Assembly (NCBI GenBank): GCA_002359635.1
Contig: DENJ01000043.1
Coordinates: 2,611-66,610, forward strand
Source of the DNA: Burkholderiales bacterium UBA2647
GTDB taxonomy: Bacteria > Pseudomonadota > Gammaproteobacteria > Burkholderiales > Burkholderiaceae_E
Direction: 5' to 3'
Length of the DNA stretch: 64,000 nt
Shown: piece after piece, positions 55,141 to 64,000 of the stretch
Layout of the letters: each line of letters begins with the position of its first letter
Position numbering within the stretch: position 1 is the stretch's first letter
Translations under genes and position numbers: made by a program
The notes under the pieces: model-generated
Told to the model about the DNA's origin: nothing
What the model saw: only the letters and a program-made list of their open reading frames with translations
The model's database searches: none

Positions 55141-55423
55141 GACTTTGTGCGCCACCAGAGGATGCACCACGTTTTCCGCTTGCCTGTGCGGCCTGGGCGT
55201 GTTCAGACTTCTTTTGGGCAACTTCATGCTCTACGGTCTTCGGTGGTGGACGACCTGATGCAGCCGATTTACCCGCTTCGGACACTTCGACCCTCACAGC
55301 TGGCTCGACCTTGGTTTGCTCGGGCTCCCGTTTTGCCTCGACCCGCTCGCGCTTGGGGGGTTCCTGAACAGGTTGTACCGGGGCGGCTGCTTTTGTCTGG
55401 GCGGGTGCTTGAATTGAAGCCAT
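55133..55423 (-). CDS. Possible 96-aa low-complexity (Ala/Pro/Glu/Lys/Gln-rich) protein
   Basis: GGAGA lies 7 nt upstream of the ATG. The composition looks coding and disordered, and it is downstream of small-protein paralogue 2. The overlapping plus-strand ORFs are Arg-rich and look like shadows. Confidence 0.4.
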   Translation of the reverse strand: MASIQAPAQTKAAAPVQPVQEPPKRERVEAKREPEQTKVEPAVRVEVSEAGKSAASGRPPPKTVEHEVAQKKSEHAQAAQASGKRGASSGGAQSLM

Positions 55424-55461
55424 TTGAATCTCCGTGGTGCCGGATTAATCGCCGAACTTGC

Positions 55462-55662
55462 CTAGTGCTGCAGCAGGCGTTGCCTGTAGGCTTCCCGGAG
55501 CTTGGCGAGCTCTTTGGATGCAGTTGCCTTTTTCGTTTTTGATGCGTCTTTACTGCTCAATTCGCCGACGAGCGCTTTCATGCGCGAACCCATCGCGCTG
55601 CGATCGGGATCGTCGGCGCCCGAATGCAGTGCGATCATTAATGCGTCGGTGAAATCATCCAT
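55462..55662 (-). CDS. 66-aa protein of unknown family, paralogue 2
   Basis: MDDFTDALMIALHSGADDPDRSAMGSRMKALVGELS…, paralogous to 47400-47600. Confidence 0.6.
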   Translation of the reverse strand: MDDFTDALMIALHSGADDPDRSAMGSRMKALVGELSSKDASKTKKATASKELAKLREAYRQRLLQH

Positions 55663-55919
55663 GTGAAGGCTAACGGCGAGAAAAGTCGGCGGAAGTTAGC
55701 CCGAAAATGTTTAGCCCTAGCGGCAAAAAATAAGCTCAGGCCTTGGATCTTGCCGCGGCAAAGGTTATGGCTCGCTACGCGCAGCGTGACCTAGACAACA
55801 GCATGCCCTAGACAAAATGGACTATTCGGAAATCGAATCCCTGTAAAGGCTTGTCCATTGTTGTTGTGATGACATTTTGTCTTGGATACACTCGGACCAG
55901 GATTGCTTAGGAGACGCCG

Positions 55920-56780
55920 ATGATCCCACCGAGCTTTGATTACCACGCCCCTCGAACCATTCAGGATGCGGTCGGTTTGCTAACCCAGTTAGGCTCTGAA
56001 GCCAAATTACTTGCGGGCGGCCACAGTTTGTTGCCGATGATGAAACTGCGCTTTGCCCAACCTGCGCATTTGATCGACCTTAACCGGATCGATGAATTGC
56101 GTGGCATTGTTGATCAGGGCGACCATGTGCTCATCGGTGCGATGACGGTTGAAAATGATCTCATCAATTCACCTGTTTTGCGTGCCAAGGTGCCGCTGCT
56201 TCCAGAAGCAGCGGCCTTGATTGCTGACCCCCAAGTGCGTAATCGAGGCACCATCGGCGGTGATATCGCCCACGGTGACCCCGCCAACGATCACCCCGCT
56301 TTGGCACTTGCGCTGAATGCAAGCTTTTGCCTGCAGGGTCCTCAAGGACGCCGTGAGGTCAAGGCAGACGACTTCTTTTTGGGTATTTTTACCACTGCAC
56401 TGGCTGAGGATGAGATTCTCGTCAGCATGACGGTACCTGCGTTTCCGGCCAAAACAGGCTGGGCCTATGAAAAGCTCAAACGAAAAACCGGCGATTGGGC
56501 AACGGCAGGTGCAGCGGTGGTGATGCGTGTGGAGAACGACCATGTGAGCCAGGTGCGTATCGCGCTCACCAATGTGGCGTCAACGGCCATTCGCGTGAAA
56601 TCAGCGGAAGACGCCCTGCTTGGCCAGGCACTTTCAGATGAAAGCATCAACGCTGCCGCTGACGCCGCAATGACTGCCTGCGACCCTGCTGAAGACTTGC
56701 GCGGCGATGTCGAATACAAAACCGCGATGGCAGGTCAGATGCTCAAAAGGGCAATTCGTCTTGCAGCATCACGCTGCTAA
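55920..56780 (+). CDS. coxM: Aerobic CO dehydrogenase FAD-binding medium subunit
   Basis: FDYHAPRTIQDAVGLL, KLLAGGHSLLPMMKLR and RNRGTIGGDIAHGDP. Confidence 0.9.
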   Translation: MIPPSFDYHAPRTIQDAVGLLTQLGSEAKLLAGGHSLLPMMKLRFAQPAHLIDLNRIDELRGIVDQGDHVLIGAMTVENDLINSPVLRAKVPLLPEAAALIADPQVRNRGTIGGDIAHGDPANDHPALALALNASFCLQGPQGRREVKADDFFLGIFTTALAEDEILVSMTVPAFPAKTGWAYEKLKRKTGDWATAGAAVVMRVENDHVSQVRIALTNVASTAIRVKSAEDALLGQALSDESINAAADAAMTACDPAEDLRGDVEYKTAMAGQMLKRAIRLAASRC

Positions 56781-56809
56781 ACGGCAACCGATAACGAAGG
56801 AATTCATTC

Positions 56810-57301
56810 ATGGCAAAGAAAATAATCAGTGTGAAGGTTAATGGCAGGTTGCAGGAGAAGGCGGTTGAGCCACGTACCTTGCTGGTTCACTTCCTGCGCG
56901 AGGAACTCTGTCTTACAGGCGCACACATTGGCTGCGAAACAAGTCATTGCGGGGCCTGCACGGTTGATATCGATGGCAAGTCGGTGAAGAGTTGCACCCA
57001 TCTGGCCGTGCAGTGCGACGGCTCTGAGGTCATGACGGTTGAAGGTCTGGCAAACGGCGGTGTTCTTCATGCGGTGCAGGAGGGCTTTTACAAAGAACAC
57101 GGCCTTCAGTGCGGATTCTGCACCCCTGGGATGTTGATGCGCGCTTATCGATTCCTTCAGGAAAACCCCAACCCGAATGAAGCCGAAATTAGAGTCGGCA
57201 TGAGCGGCAATTTATGTCGCTGTACGGGGTATCAAAACATTGTGAAAGCTGTGCAGTACGCCGCGGCCAAGTTGCAACAAACCGAGAAGGAGGCCGCATG
57301 A
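56810..57301 (+). CDS. coxS: Aerobic CO dehydrogenase [2Fe-2S] small subunit
   Basis: [22 protein letters not shown] and [10 protein letters not shown]. Confidence 0.92.
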   Translation: MAKKIISVKVNGRLQEKAVEPRTLLVHFLREELCLTGAHIGCETSHCGACTVDIDGKSVKSCTHLAVQCDGSEVMTVEGLANGGVLHAVQEGFYKEHGLQCGFCTPGMLMRAYRFLQENPNPNEAEIRVGMSGNLCRCTGYQNIVKAVQYAAAKLQQTEKEAA

Positions 57302-59712
57302 ACGACGCTGTTGACCCCACCATACTTGAGCGTACCGCTGCCCTCCAAGGCATGGGTGACAGCCGTCTGCGTAAAGAAGACGCGCGTTTCATCCAGGGCA
57401 AGGGCAATTATGTGGATGACATCAAGATGCCTGGCATGTTGCACATGGATATCGTGCGGAGTCCCTATGCACATGCCCGCATCAAGCGGATCGATAAATC
57501 GGAGGCACTGAAGCTGCCCGGTGTTATTGCTGTACTCACTGCCGAAGACCTCAAGCCACTGAAACTGCATTGGATGCCGACCTTGGCGGGCGATGTGGCT
57601 GCGGTGCTTGCCGATGAGAAAGTACATTTCCAAATGCAGGAAGTGGCCGTGGTTGTCGCCGAGGATCGCTACGCCGCCGCAGACGGTGTTGAAGCTGTGA
57701 TGGTGGAATACGAAGAACTACCGGTTGTCATCGATCCCTTCGAAGCGCTCAAACCGGATGCACCGGTCTTGCGTGAGGACCTTGCGGGAAAGGCCACCGG
57801 TGCACATGGCCCACGCGATCACCACAATCATATTTTCACCTGGACTGCTGGCGATAAGCATGCCGCTGATGCCGCTTTTGATACCGCACCAGTCAAGGTC
57901 AGCGAACATATTTTTTATCCGCGGGTACACCCTTGTCCGCTCGAAACCTGCGGCTGCGTGGCGAGTTTCGATCCCATCCGCGGTGAACTCACCACCTACA
58001 TGACATCGCAGGCTCCGCATGTGGTGCGAACCGTCGTGTCACTTTTATCGGGTATTCCTGAGAGCAAGGTTCGCATTGTGAGTCCCGATATCGGCGGCGG
58101 CTTTGGTAACAAGGTCGGTGTCTATCCTGGTTATGTTTGTGCGATCGTGGCCTCGATTGTGTTGGGCAAGCCCGTGAAGTGGGTGGAGGATCGTATTGAG
58201 AATATTTCCTCAACAGCTTTTGCCCGCGACTACCACATGGATGGCGAACTCGCAGCAACGCCGGACGGAAAGATTCTTGGCTTGAGGGTCAATGTACTTG
58301 CAGATCATGGTGCTTTTGATGCCTGCGCCGATCCAACCAAGTTTCCAGCAGGTCTTTTTCATATCTGCTCTGGGTCCTATGACATTCCCGCCGCGCACTG
58401 CAGCGTCAAAGGTGTTTACACCAATAAAGCACCCGGTGGTGTTGCCTACCGCTGCTCCTTCAGGGTGACTGAGGCGGTCTATTTGATCGAACGCATGGTT
58501 GATGTGCTCGCGCAAAAGCTAGGCATGGATAAAGCCGAGATTCGGGCCAAGAACTTCATCCGTAAGGAGCAGTTTCCCTACACGAGCGCCTTCGGCTTCG
58601 AATACGATTCAGGCGACTACCACATGGCTTTGCAGAAGGTACTCGATGCGGTTGACTACAAGGCCCTGCGTGCTGAGCAAGCAGCCAAGCGGGCTGACCC
58701 GGATTGTCCAACCCTGATGGGTATTGGTCTCGTGACCTTTACCGAGGTGGTTGGTGCGGGGCCATCGAAAATGTGTGACATTCTTGGCGTCGGCATGTTT
58801 GACTCTTGTGAGATTCGTATTCATCCCACGGGTTCAGCCATTGCTCGTATGGGGACGATAACCCAAGGGCAGGGGCATCAAACAACCTACGCGCAGATTA
58901 TTGCCACCGAGTTAGGAATACCCTCGGAAGTGATTCAAGTAGAAGAGGGTGACACGTCGACAGCACCCTATGGGCTTGGCACCTACGGCAGTCGATCGAC
59001 CCCCGTTGCAGGAGCTGCTATCGCGCTTGCATCGCGAAAGATTCACGCCAAGGCCAGGAAAATTGCCGCGCATTTGCTGGAAGTTGGCGAGGCCGACCTT
59101 GACTGGGAAATCGATCGCTTCAAGGTGAAGGGTGATGATGGCAAGTACAAAACCATGAAGGATATTGCCTGGGCTTCGTACAACAATTTGCCCGCAGGTC
59201 TTGAGCCTGGTCTTGAGGCTGTGCACTACTACGACCCGCCCAACTTCACCTATCCCTTTGGCATTTACCTTTGCGTGGTCGACATTGACCGTGCGACGGG
59301 TGAAACCAAAATTCGACGTTTCTATGCGCTTGACGACTGTGGCACGCGGATTAACCCGATGATTATCGAAGGGCAGATTCACGGCGGCTTAACCGAGGGC
59401 TTTGCGGTTGCGATGGGCCAGCAAATGCCCTTCGACGCTCAGGGCAATCTGATGGGTAATACGCTCATGGACTACTTCCTGCCCACGGCCGTCGAGACAC
59501 CGCATTGGGAAACCGACCATACCGTCACGCCAAGCCCTCACCATCCGATAGGCGCGAAGGGCGTGGCTGAATCGCCCCATGTCGGTTCGATCCCGACCTT
59601 CACGTCTGCGGTGGTTGATGCCTTCGCCCATGTCGGTGTAACCGATATGACGATGCCGCACACGAGTTATCGCGTCTGGCAGCAACTCAAAAAGCGTGGA
59701 CTGGCGCTGTAA
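57298..59712 (+). CDS. coxL: Aerobic CO dehydrogenase large (Mo-Cu) subunit, form I
   Basis: The form I active-site signature VAYRCSFR is at nt 58441-58464. The start at Met29 has an ATGA overlap with coxS, and the M-S-L gene order fits form I. Confidence 0.92.
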   Translation: MNDAVDPTILERTAALQGMGDSRLRKEDARFIQGKGNYVDDIKMPGMLHMDIVRSPYAHARIKRIDKSEALKLPGVIAVLTAEDLKPLKLHWMPTLAGDVAAVLADEKVHFQMQEVAVVVAEDRYAAADGVEAVMVEYEELPVVIDPFEALKPDAPVLREDLAGKATGAHGPRDHHNHIFTWTAGDKHAADAAFDTAPVKVSEHIFYPRVHPCPLETCGCVASFDPIRGELTTYMTSQAPHVVRTVVSLLSGIPESKVRIVSPDIGGGFGNKVGVYPGYVCAIVASIVLGKPVKWVEDRIENISSTAFARDYHMDGELAATPDGKILGLRVNVLADHGAFDACADPTKFPAGLFHICSGSYDIPAAHCSVKGVYTNKAPGGVAYRCSFRVTEAVYLIERMVDVLAQKLGMDKAEIRAKNFIRKEQFPYTSAFGFEYDSGDYHMALQKVLDAVDYKALRAEQAAKRADPDCPTLMGIGLVTFTEVVGAGPSKMCDILGVGMFDSCEIRIHPTGSAIARMGTITQGQGHQTTYAQIIATELGIPSEVIQVEEGDTSTAPYGLGTYGSRSTPVAGAAIALASRKIHAKARKIAAHLLEVGEADLDWEIDRFKVKGDDGKYKTMKDIAWASYNNLPAGLEPGLEAVHYYDPPNFTYPFGIYLCVVDIDRATGETKIRRFYALDDCGTRINPMIIEGQIHGGLTEGFAVAMGQQMPFDAQGNLMGNTLMDYFLPTAVETPHWETDHTVTPSPHHPIGAKGVAESPHVGSIPTFTSAVVDAFAHVGVTDMTMPHTSYRVWQQLKKRGLAL

Positions 59713-59718
59713 GCGGTC

Positions 59719-60651
59719 ATGGAAGTCGCAGCCTCACTTCGCGAGGAACTCCATCAGGCGGGCTATATTACCGACGAGGATCTGGCCACGGTACTGTGGC
59801 TTGCCACGGCGTTGCAACGGCCATTGTTGATTGAAGGCGATGCCGGGGTTGGAAAAACCGCACTCGCCATTGCATTGGCGGCCTCGCAAGGTCGGCGGCT
59901 CGTGAGGCTTCAGTGTCATGAGGGTATTGATCTCGGGCAGGCCGCCTATGAATGGAACTATGGCAAACAGCTTTTGTCCATTCGCGTGAACGAGCATGCC
60001 CAGGGTTTTCAGACCGCCACAGACCTTTTTTCGAGGGACTTCCTGTTGGAACGCCCTTTACTTCAGGCGATATCGAGCACGCAGGCTACGGTGCTTCTCG
60101 TTGATGAGGTCGATCGGGCCGATGAGGCTTTTGAAGCTTTTTTGCTTGAGGTGCTCGCCGACTACCAGATTACCGTACCAGAACTCGGAACGATACGCGC
60201 CACGCATGTGCCGCTTGTCATCCTCACAAGCAATGGCACACGCGAACTCAGTGATGCTTTGCGCCGCCGCTGTCTTTACCACTGGCTGGATTATCCGAGC
60301 CTGCATCGAGAGATCGATATCGTGCGTCACACCCTCCCGAGTGCCGAAAGCATGTTGATCGAGCAGGCGGTGGTCTTCGTACAACGCTTGCGTCGGGAAG
60401 ATTTGATCAAGACGCCTGGTATTGCTGAGACCTTGGATTGGGTCCGCGCGCTGCATCGGCTTCGACTCCAGTCGCTCCCTGACGATCCTCATGGGATCAT
60501 GCCGCTTCTGGGTTGTCTTTTGAAGACCAAAGAGGATCGTTTCCAGTTCAACGCCGAGCGCGTTTTACAGCTTATTGAGGGCAAAAAAGCGCATCAGGCC
60601 GGCGTCGCCGCTGCGATGAATCCTGCCTCAAACCAGGCTCAGGCCGCCTGA
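59719..60651 (+). CDS. coxD: MoxR-type AAA+ ATPase CoxD
   Basis: Walker A GDAGVGKT and Walker B LLVDEVDRA. It lies directly after coxL. Confidence 0.85.
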   Translation: MEVAASLREELHQAGYITDEDLATVLWLATALQRPLLIEGDAGVGKTALAIALAASQGRRLVRLQCHEGIDLGQAAYEWNYGKQLLSIRVNEHAQGFQTATDLFSRDFLLERPLLQAISSTQATVLLVDEVDRADEAFEAFLLEVLADYQITVPELGTIRATHVPLVILTSNGTRELSDALRRRCLYHWLDYPSLHREIDIVRHTLPSAESMLIEQAVVFVQRLRREDLIKTPGIAETLDWVRALHRLRLQSLPDDPHGIMPLLGCLLKTKEDRFQFNAERVLQLIEGKKAHQAGVAAAMNPASNQAQAA

Positions 60652-60669
60652 GTCCGGGCGGGTCGATCA

Positions 60670-61836
60670 ATGGAGCACGCTCGGCCGCTCGAAGCCATTG
60701 CTGGTTTTGCCGCAATGCTGCGTGAGCACGGACTCAAGGTTGGGATTCCCGAGCAACAAGCCATGGTCCATGCCGCGCTCGCTTTACCACCTGCTCGATA
60801 TCCATGTCTGGAGGCAGCCTGGCGCGCTATCACTTGTCAGAGCGCTGCGCAGTGGAAGTCCTGGTCAGCGCTCTTTGAGCAATATTGGTATCCGCATCGA
60901 CTCAAGGGCCAGGTCAAGACCAGCGGTCAGACCCGGCACGCCCGGCATCGACCTGACATACGACAACTCGTCCAAGAACTCCAATCGCAACTCGGTGCCA
61001 CGAAGCGCCCGCAGGATGTTGCCTCAAAAGCCATGGATAGCGCCCTCGATCCCGTGATGGTTCAAGGCGACGATCCGGTCTCAAAAGCCCAAGGAGGTGC
61101 GAGTCGAACCGAGGCCCTCGACGATCGATCCTTATCGCAATGGTTGCCGCAGGATCTTTCGCGGCTTCAAATGCTCGCTGACCTGATCGCCATGCGTTTA
61201 CGAAAACGCCTCAGTCGACGTTGGCAGGATGATCAAAACGGTCGCAGACTCGACATCAGAAGGACTTGCCGGCGAAGCCTTGCAACAGGTGGCATCCCAT
61301 TGCGTCCAGCTTGGAGGCGTTCAAGGCCTGAGCAGCCTCAACTCTTCGTCTTGGTGGACGTGAGCCGTTCGATGGAGACCCACGCACAACTCTTTTTGCG
61401 CGTTGCCAGAGCGTTTGTCGCCGCCATGCAAAGCCGTGTGTTTGTGTTCCACACACGGTTAACCGAAGTGACGCCCCTGCTAAAGCGTGATTCGCTTCAT
61501 GTGCAGGAGAAAATAAATGCGGTGACGGCTGGCTTTGCTGGAGGCACTCGCATTGCGACGAGCGTTATGGATTTTCATAAGATACATGCTCGGGCGCAAT
61601 TGCGTCGAGGCTCACGTGTCTGGGTCTTCTCCGACGGCTATGACGCCGATGAACCCGAACAGCTCGCAGATCAACTCCGTGCCTTGGTGCAACGCGGTGC
61701 ACTGATCGACTGGTTTCATCCCGGCTCGAAGATCCCGTCGAGCGCCGCCTTGCGGCCCTGTAGCACGATCATCAGAAACTTCCATCGCATGGACAGTCTT
61801 CGTGATCTTGAAACGCTGAGCAAAATCTTGAACTAG
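60670..61836 (+). CDS. coxE: VWA-domain protein CoxE
   Basis: VWA/MIDAS region LFVLVDVSRSM…FSDGYD, in the position after coxD. Confidence 0.8.
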   Translation: MEHARPLEAIAGFAAMLREHGLKVGIPEQQAMVHAALALPPARYPCLEAAWRAITCQSAAQWKSWSALFEQYWYPHRLKGQVKTSGQTRHARHRPDIRQLVQELQSQLGATKRPQDVASKAMDSALDPVMVQGDDPVSKAQGGASRTEALDDRSLSQWLPQDLSRLQMLADLIAMRLRKRLSRRWQDDQNGRRLDIRRTCRRSLATGGIPLRPAWRRSRPEQPQLFVLVDVSRSMETHAQLFLRVARAFVAAMQSRVFVFHTRLTEVTPLLKRDSLHVQEKINAVTAGFAGGTRIATSVMDFHKIHARAQLRRGSRVWVFSDGYDADEPEQLADQLRALVQRGALIDWFHPGSKIPSSAALRPCSTIIRNFHRMDSLRDLETLSKILN

Positions 61837-61900
61837 CGACAGGTTCAGCCCGCCGACCTTTATCAAAACTTAATCAATTATGATGCATTACTGAGCAACC

Positions 61901-62836
61901 ATGAACCAAAGCCATCAAGTCATACAGACCGCTCAAAAGCTCAGCCGAGAGGGCAGAGCCTATGCCTTGGTTACCGTTCTTAAGGCTTTACCGCCAGCGT
62001 CTGCGAAACCAGGCGATAAGGCTCTGGTCACCCAGGCCGGCATTATTGAAGGTTGGATAGGCGGCGGCTGTGCGCAGCCGGCGGTGATTAAAACAGTAAG
62101 ACACGCACTCATCGACGGTTGTTCAAGAGTGATCCGAATCAGTCCAGCGGACGATGGTGTTGAGCGTGCGCTAGACGAGGTACTCGAGTTCGGCATGAGT
62201 TGTCATTCCGGCGGCACGCTTGAACTTTTTGTGGATCCCGTGCTCCCGCAGCCGGCGCTCACGGTGATCGGCGATACCCCATTGAGTCGCGCGCTGACGG
62301 TGTTGGCACCGCGCGTGGGTTTCTCGACCATGGTGATTGCACACCATGCGGATGCTTCCCAGTTTCCAGACGCCCAGCACATGCTCCACGATGACGAAGC
62401 CATTCCCGAGGCCTTCAGGTTGACGGCGCAAGAGGGCTTTGTGGTTGTAGCGACCCAAGGTAAGCGTGATCTGCAAGGATTGCGGGCAGGTTTGGCAATC
62501 CAGGCCCAACACCTCTTTTTCGTGGCAAGCGAACGCAAGGCCGAGGTGCTAAAGCGTGCGCTGATTGAGGCCGGCGAGGACCCCCTGGCAGTCGATGCGA
62601 TCATCGCCCCCGCAGGCCAGCCTATCGGTGCTCAGACGCCTCAGGAAATCGCCCTATCAGTGCTGGCGGCGGTGGTTGCTCTCAAGGCAGGCGCTGGCTC
62701 CGGTATGGCCAAAGATCCGCAGCATGTTGCTGATGTCGACGTTTCAGGCGTCGCGTCGCAAGACCCTGGGGTGGCTTGCTCAAGCAAGACCTCTCAAGCT
62801 TCTTCGCTGGCGCAACGCGCCTGTTGTGGCGCATAA
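61901..62836 (+). CDS. coxF: XdhC-family maturation factor CoxF with a Cys-rich C-terminal tail
   Basis: XdhC N-domain (GRAYALVTVLK…WIGGGCAQ), a Rossmann part (LTVIGDTPLSRAL) and a tail ending …ACSSKTSQASSLAQRACCGA*. Confidence 0.8.
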   Translation: MNQSHQVIQTAQKLSREGRAYALVTVLKALPPASAKPGDKALVTQAGIIEGWIGGGCAQPAVIKTVRHALIDGCSRVIRISPADDGVERALDEVLEFGMSCHSGGTLELFVDPVLPQPALTVIGDTPLSRALTVLAPRVGFSTMVIAHHADASQFPDAQHMLHDDEAIPEAFRLTAQEGFVVVATQGKRDLQGLRAGLAIQAQHLFFVASERKAEVLKRALIEAGEDPLAVDAIIAPAGQPIGAQTPQEIALSVLAAVVALKAGAGSGMAKDPQHVADVDVSGVASQDPGVACSSKTSQASSLAQRACCGA

Positions 62837-62881
62837 GCCATGGGATGCATTCTCAAAGGGGGTGGCGGTTTATACAGTCGC

Positions 62882-63523
62882 ATGCTGGTTGGTGCGGTCG
62901 TGTTAGCCGCAGGAAGCGGCTCACGCATGGGCAATCGACCCAAGAGTCTTTTGCAGTTGGGTGGCGTCCCGTTAATCCGCCGCTTACTGATTGCGCTTTC
63001 GGGTGGGGGGGTCGATGAGGTGGTGGTGGTACTCGGCCACCATGCCGAGCTAATCGAACCGGTGGTTCAAGATTTTCCGGTGACTGTGGTACGCAATCTG
63101 CATCCGGAAGACGGGCAGGTGTCTTCACAACGCCTGGGACTGGCTGCATTAGGCAGCAAGCTTGACGCCGTGCTGGTAGCCTTGGCCGATCAGCCGCTCA
63201 TCAATGCGCAAGATATCAGTGATTTGATCGCTGCCTACAAAAAGCGTCCCGATGAGGCATCCGTCGTCGTGCCCCAGGTTCAGGGAAAGCGTGGCAACCC
63301 GGTGATCTTCAGCCACGATGTTCGTCAGTTAATCTTACAAGATGCGCTGAATGTGGGGTGCCGGCAGTGGCAGGATCAACATCCGAGTGCCGTGCATCGC
63401 TATCTTACGGATAACCGACGCTATCGCGTGGATCTGGACACACCAGAAGATATGGCGCAATTCACCAAGGACACCGGCCATCAGCTACGCTGGCCCGAAA
63501 CCGCTTCAGCGGCACTCGGGTAG
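62882..63523 (+). CDS. MobA/MocA-like molybdenum-cofactor nucleotidyltransferase
   Basis: AVVLAAGSGSRMG, VALADQPLI and GKRGNPVIF. The start could instead be the ATG at 62840. Confidence 0.75.
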   Translation: MLVGAVVLAAGSGSRMGNRPKSLLQLGGVPLIRRLLIALSGGGVDEVVVVLGHHAELIEPVVQDFPVTVVRNLHPEDGQVSSQRLGLAALGSKLDAVLVALADQPLINAQDISDLIAAYKKRPDEASVVVPQVQGKRGNPVIFSHDVRQLILQDALNVGCRQWQDQHPSAVHRYLTDNRRYRVDLDTPEDMAQFTKDTGHQLRWPETASAALG

Positions 63524-63587
63524 GCAGAGAGGCAATCGGTTAGCAACGATCGTGAAATGTTATTGAACGATGACCGGCTAGAGAACG

Positions 63588-64000
63588 TTATTCCGGTGAT
63601 AACAACAACGGCAATACCTCGCTGATTGATTCATGAAGTACAACGGATGCCAAATGATCCATTGGCGTTGCCTGTTGATTAACAATCAGCAGACTTGCGC
63701 CAGTCTTCACAGCCTGTGGCACCAAACCTGCAATCGGATAGACCTGCAAGCTTGTGCCAACCGCAAGCAGACAATCACATTCCGCCACAGCGTCCGATGC
63801 GCGCCTGATGGTTTCAGGGTTCAACGATTGCCCAAATGAAATCGTGTCACTTTTTAAAATGCCGCCGCAAGCTTTGCAAGCCGGATCGGCTTCGCCGGCT
63901 CTTACGCGCTCGAGGGTTTTGCCCATGGGCGTTCGTTGATCGCAAGTTAAACATCGCACCTGCCGAATCGTGCCATGAACTTCGATTAATCGCTCGGGGC
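63588..64000 (-). CDS. cobB: Sir2-family NAD-dependent protein deacylase, 5' end cut by the window edge
   Basis: Zn ribbon CLTC…CKACGG, LLAVGTSLQVYPIAG and LIVNQQATPMD. The reading frame stays open to the window end. Confidence 0.85.
   Translation of the reverse strand, partial: PERLIEVHGTIRQVRCLTCDQRTPMGKTLERVRAGEADPACKACGGILKSDTISFGQSLNPETIRRASDAVAECDCLLAVGTSLQVYPIAGLVPQAVKTGASLLIVNQQATPMDHLASVVLHESISEVLPLLLSPE

Noticed and set aside
54952-55542. The 196-aa and 106-aa plus-strand ORFs (54952-55542 and 55047-55367) as real genes
   Set aside because: Beyond the short PaiB-derived VPTWHYEVVHVYG segment they are Arg/Pro-rich with no homology. They run antisense to the better-supported 96-aa and 66-aa minus-strand ORFs.
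55663-55919. A Moco riboswitch upstream of coxM, and similarly upstream of modA
   Set aside because: I could not recognise the conserved Moco-motif helices or loops by eye. The mod control region is only 91 bp and is better explained by the palindromic operator. A covariance-model search (Rfam Moco RNA motif) would be needed to exclude it formally.

Overview
This 64-kb window is densely coding chromosomal DNA, probably from a betaproteobacterium of the Burkholderiales. That placement is an inference from two Bug/TctC receptors, the soxCDYZAXB gene order and the conserved mltD-gloB-yafS-rnhA-dnaQ neighbourhood. I found no rRNA, tRNA, CRISPR array, transposase, integrase or recognisable defence genes.

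Gene content, left to right:
- exbB (3' end cut by the window edge), tonB, mltD, gloB, a YafS-like methyltransferase and rnhA
- an RND efflux pair (MFP plus pump), then dnaQ and a translationally coupled protein of unknown function
- a complete thiosulfate-oxidation cluster: thioredoxin / soxR-like ArsR / soxCDYZAXB / soxH-like
- an aldolase, an FAD oxidoreductase, an M20 peptidase and an alpha-carbonic anhydrase
- a TAXI-TRAP transporter, ChaC, two hydrolases and a D-aminoacylase
- an isolated FliG homologue, then a CBS protein and a PsiE-like protein
- an acyl-CoA synthetase remnant, a Bug receptor, a DUF2062 protein and a LIV-type ABC transporter
- a thioesterase, an amidohydrolase, a PdxA-like protein, a second Bug receptor, a GST and a GNAT
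- modABC with divergent modE, then ada/alkA-ogt
- a decayed PaiB gene
- a form I aerobic CO dehydrogenase cluster (coxMSL-DEF plus a MocA-like gene) and a Sir2 deacylase (5' end cut by the window edge)

No compelling multi-gene novel system is evident. The items most worth follow-up are:
1. A full-length FliG homologue stranded outside any flagellar locus, whose MotA-contacting charged residues appear degenerate.
2. A roughly 260-bp module encoding a 66-aa protein of unknown family, present twice about 8 kb apart (49/66 aa identical, many synonymous changes).
3. A run of short tandem duplications (13, 16, 18, 19 and 22 bp), one of which inactivates a gene.
4. Candidate operators for ModE and SoxR.

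All homology calls come from reading the translations and recognising motifs by eye. No searches were run.
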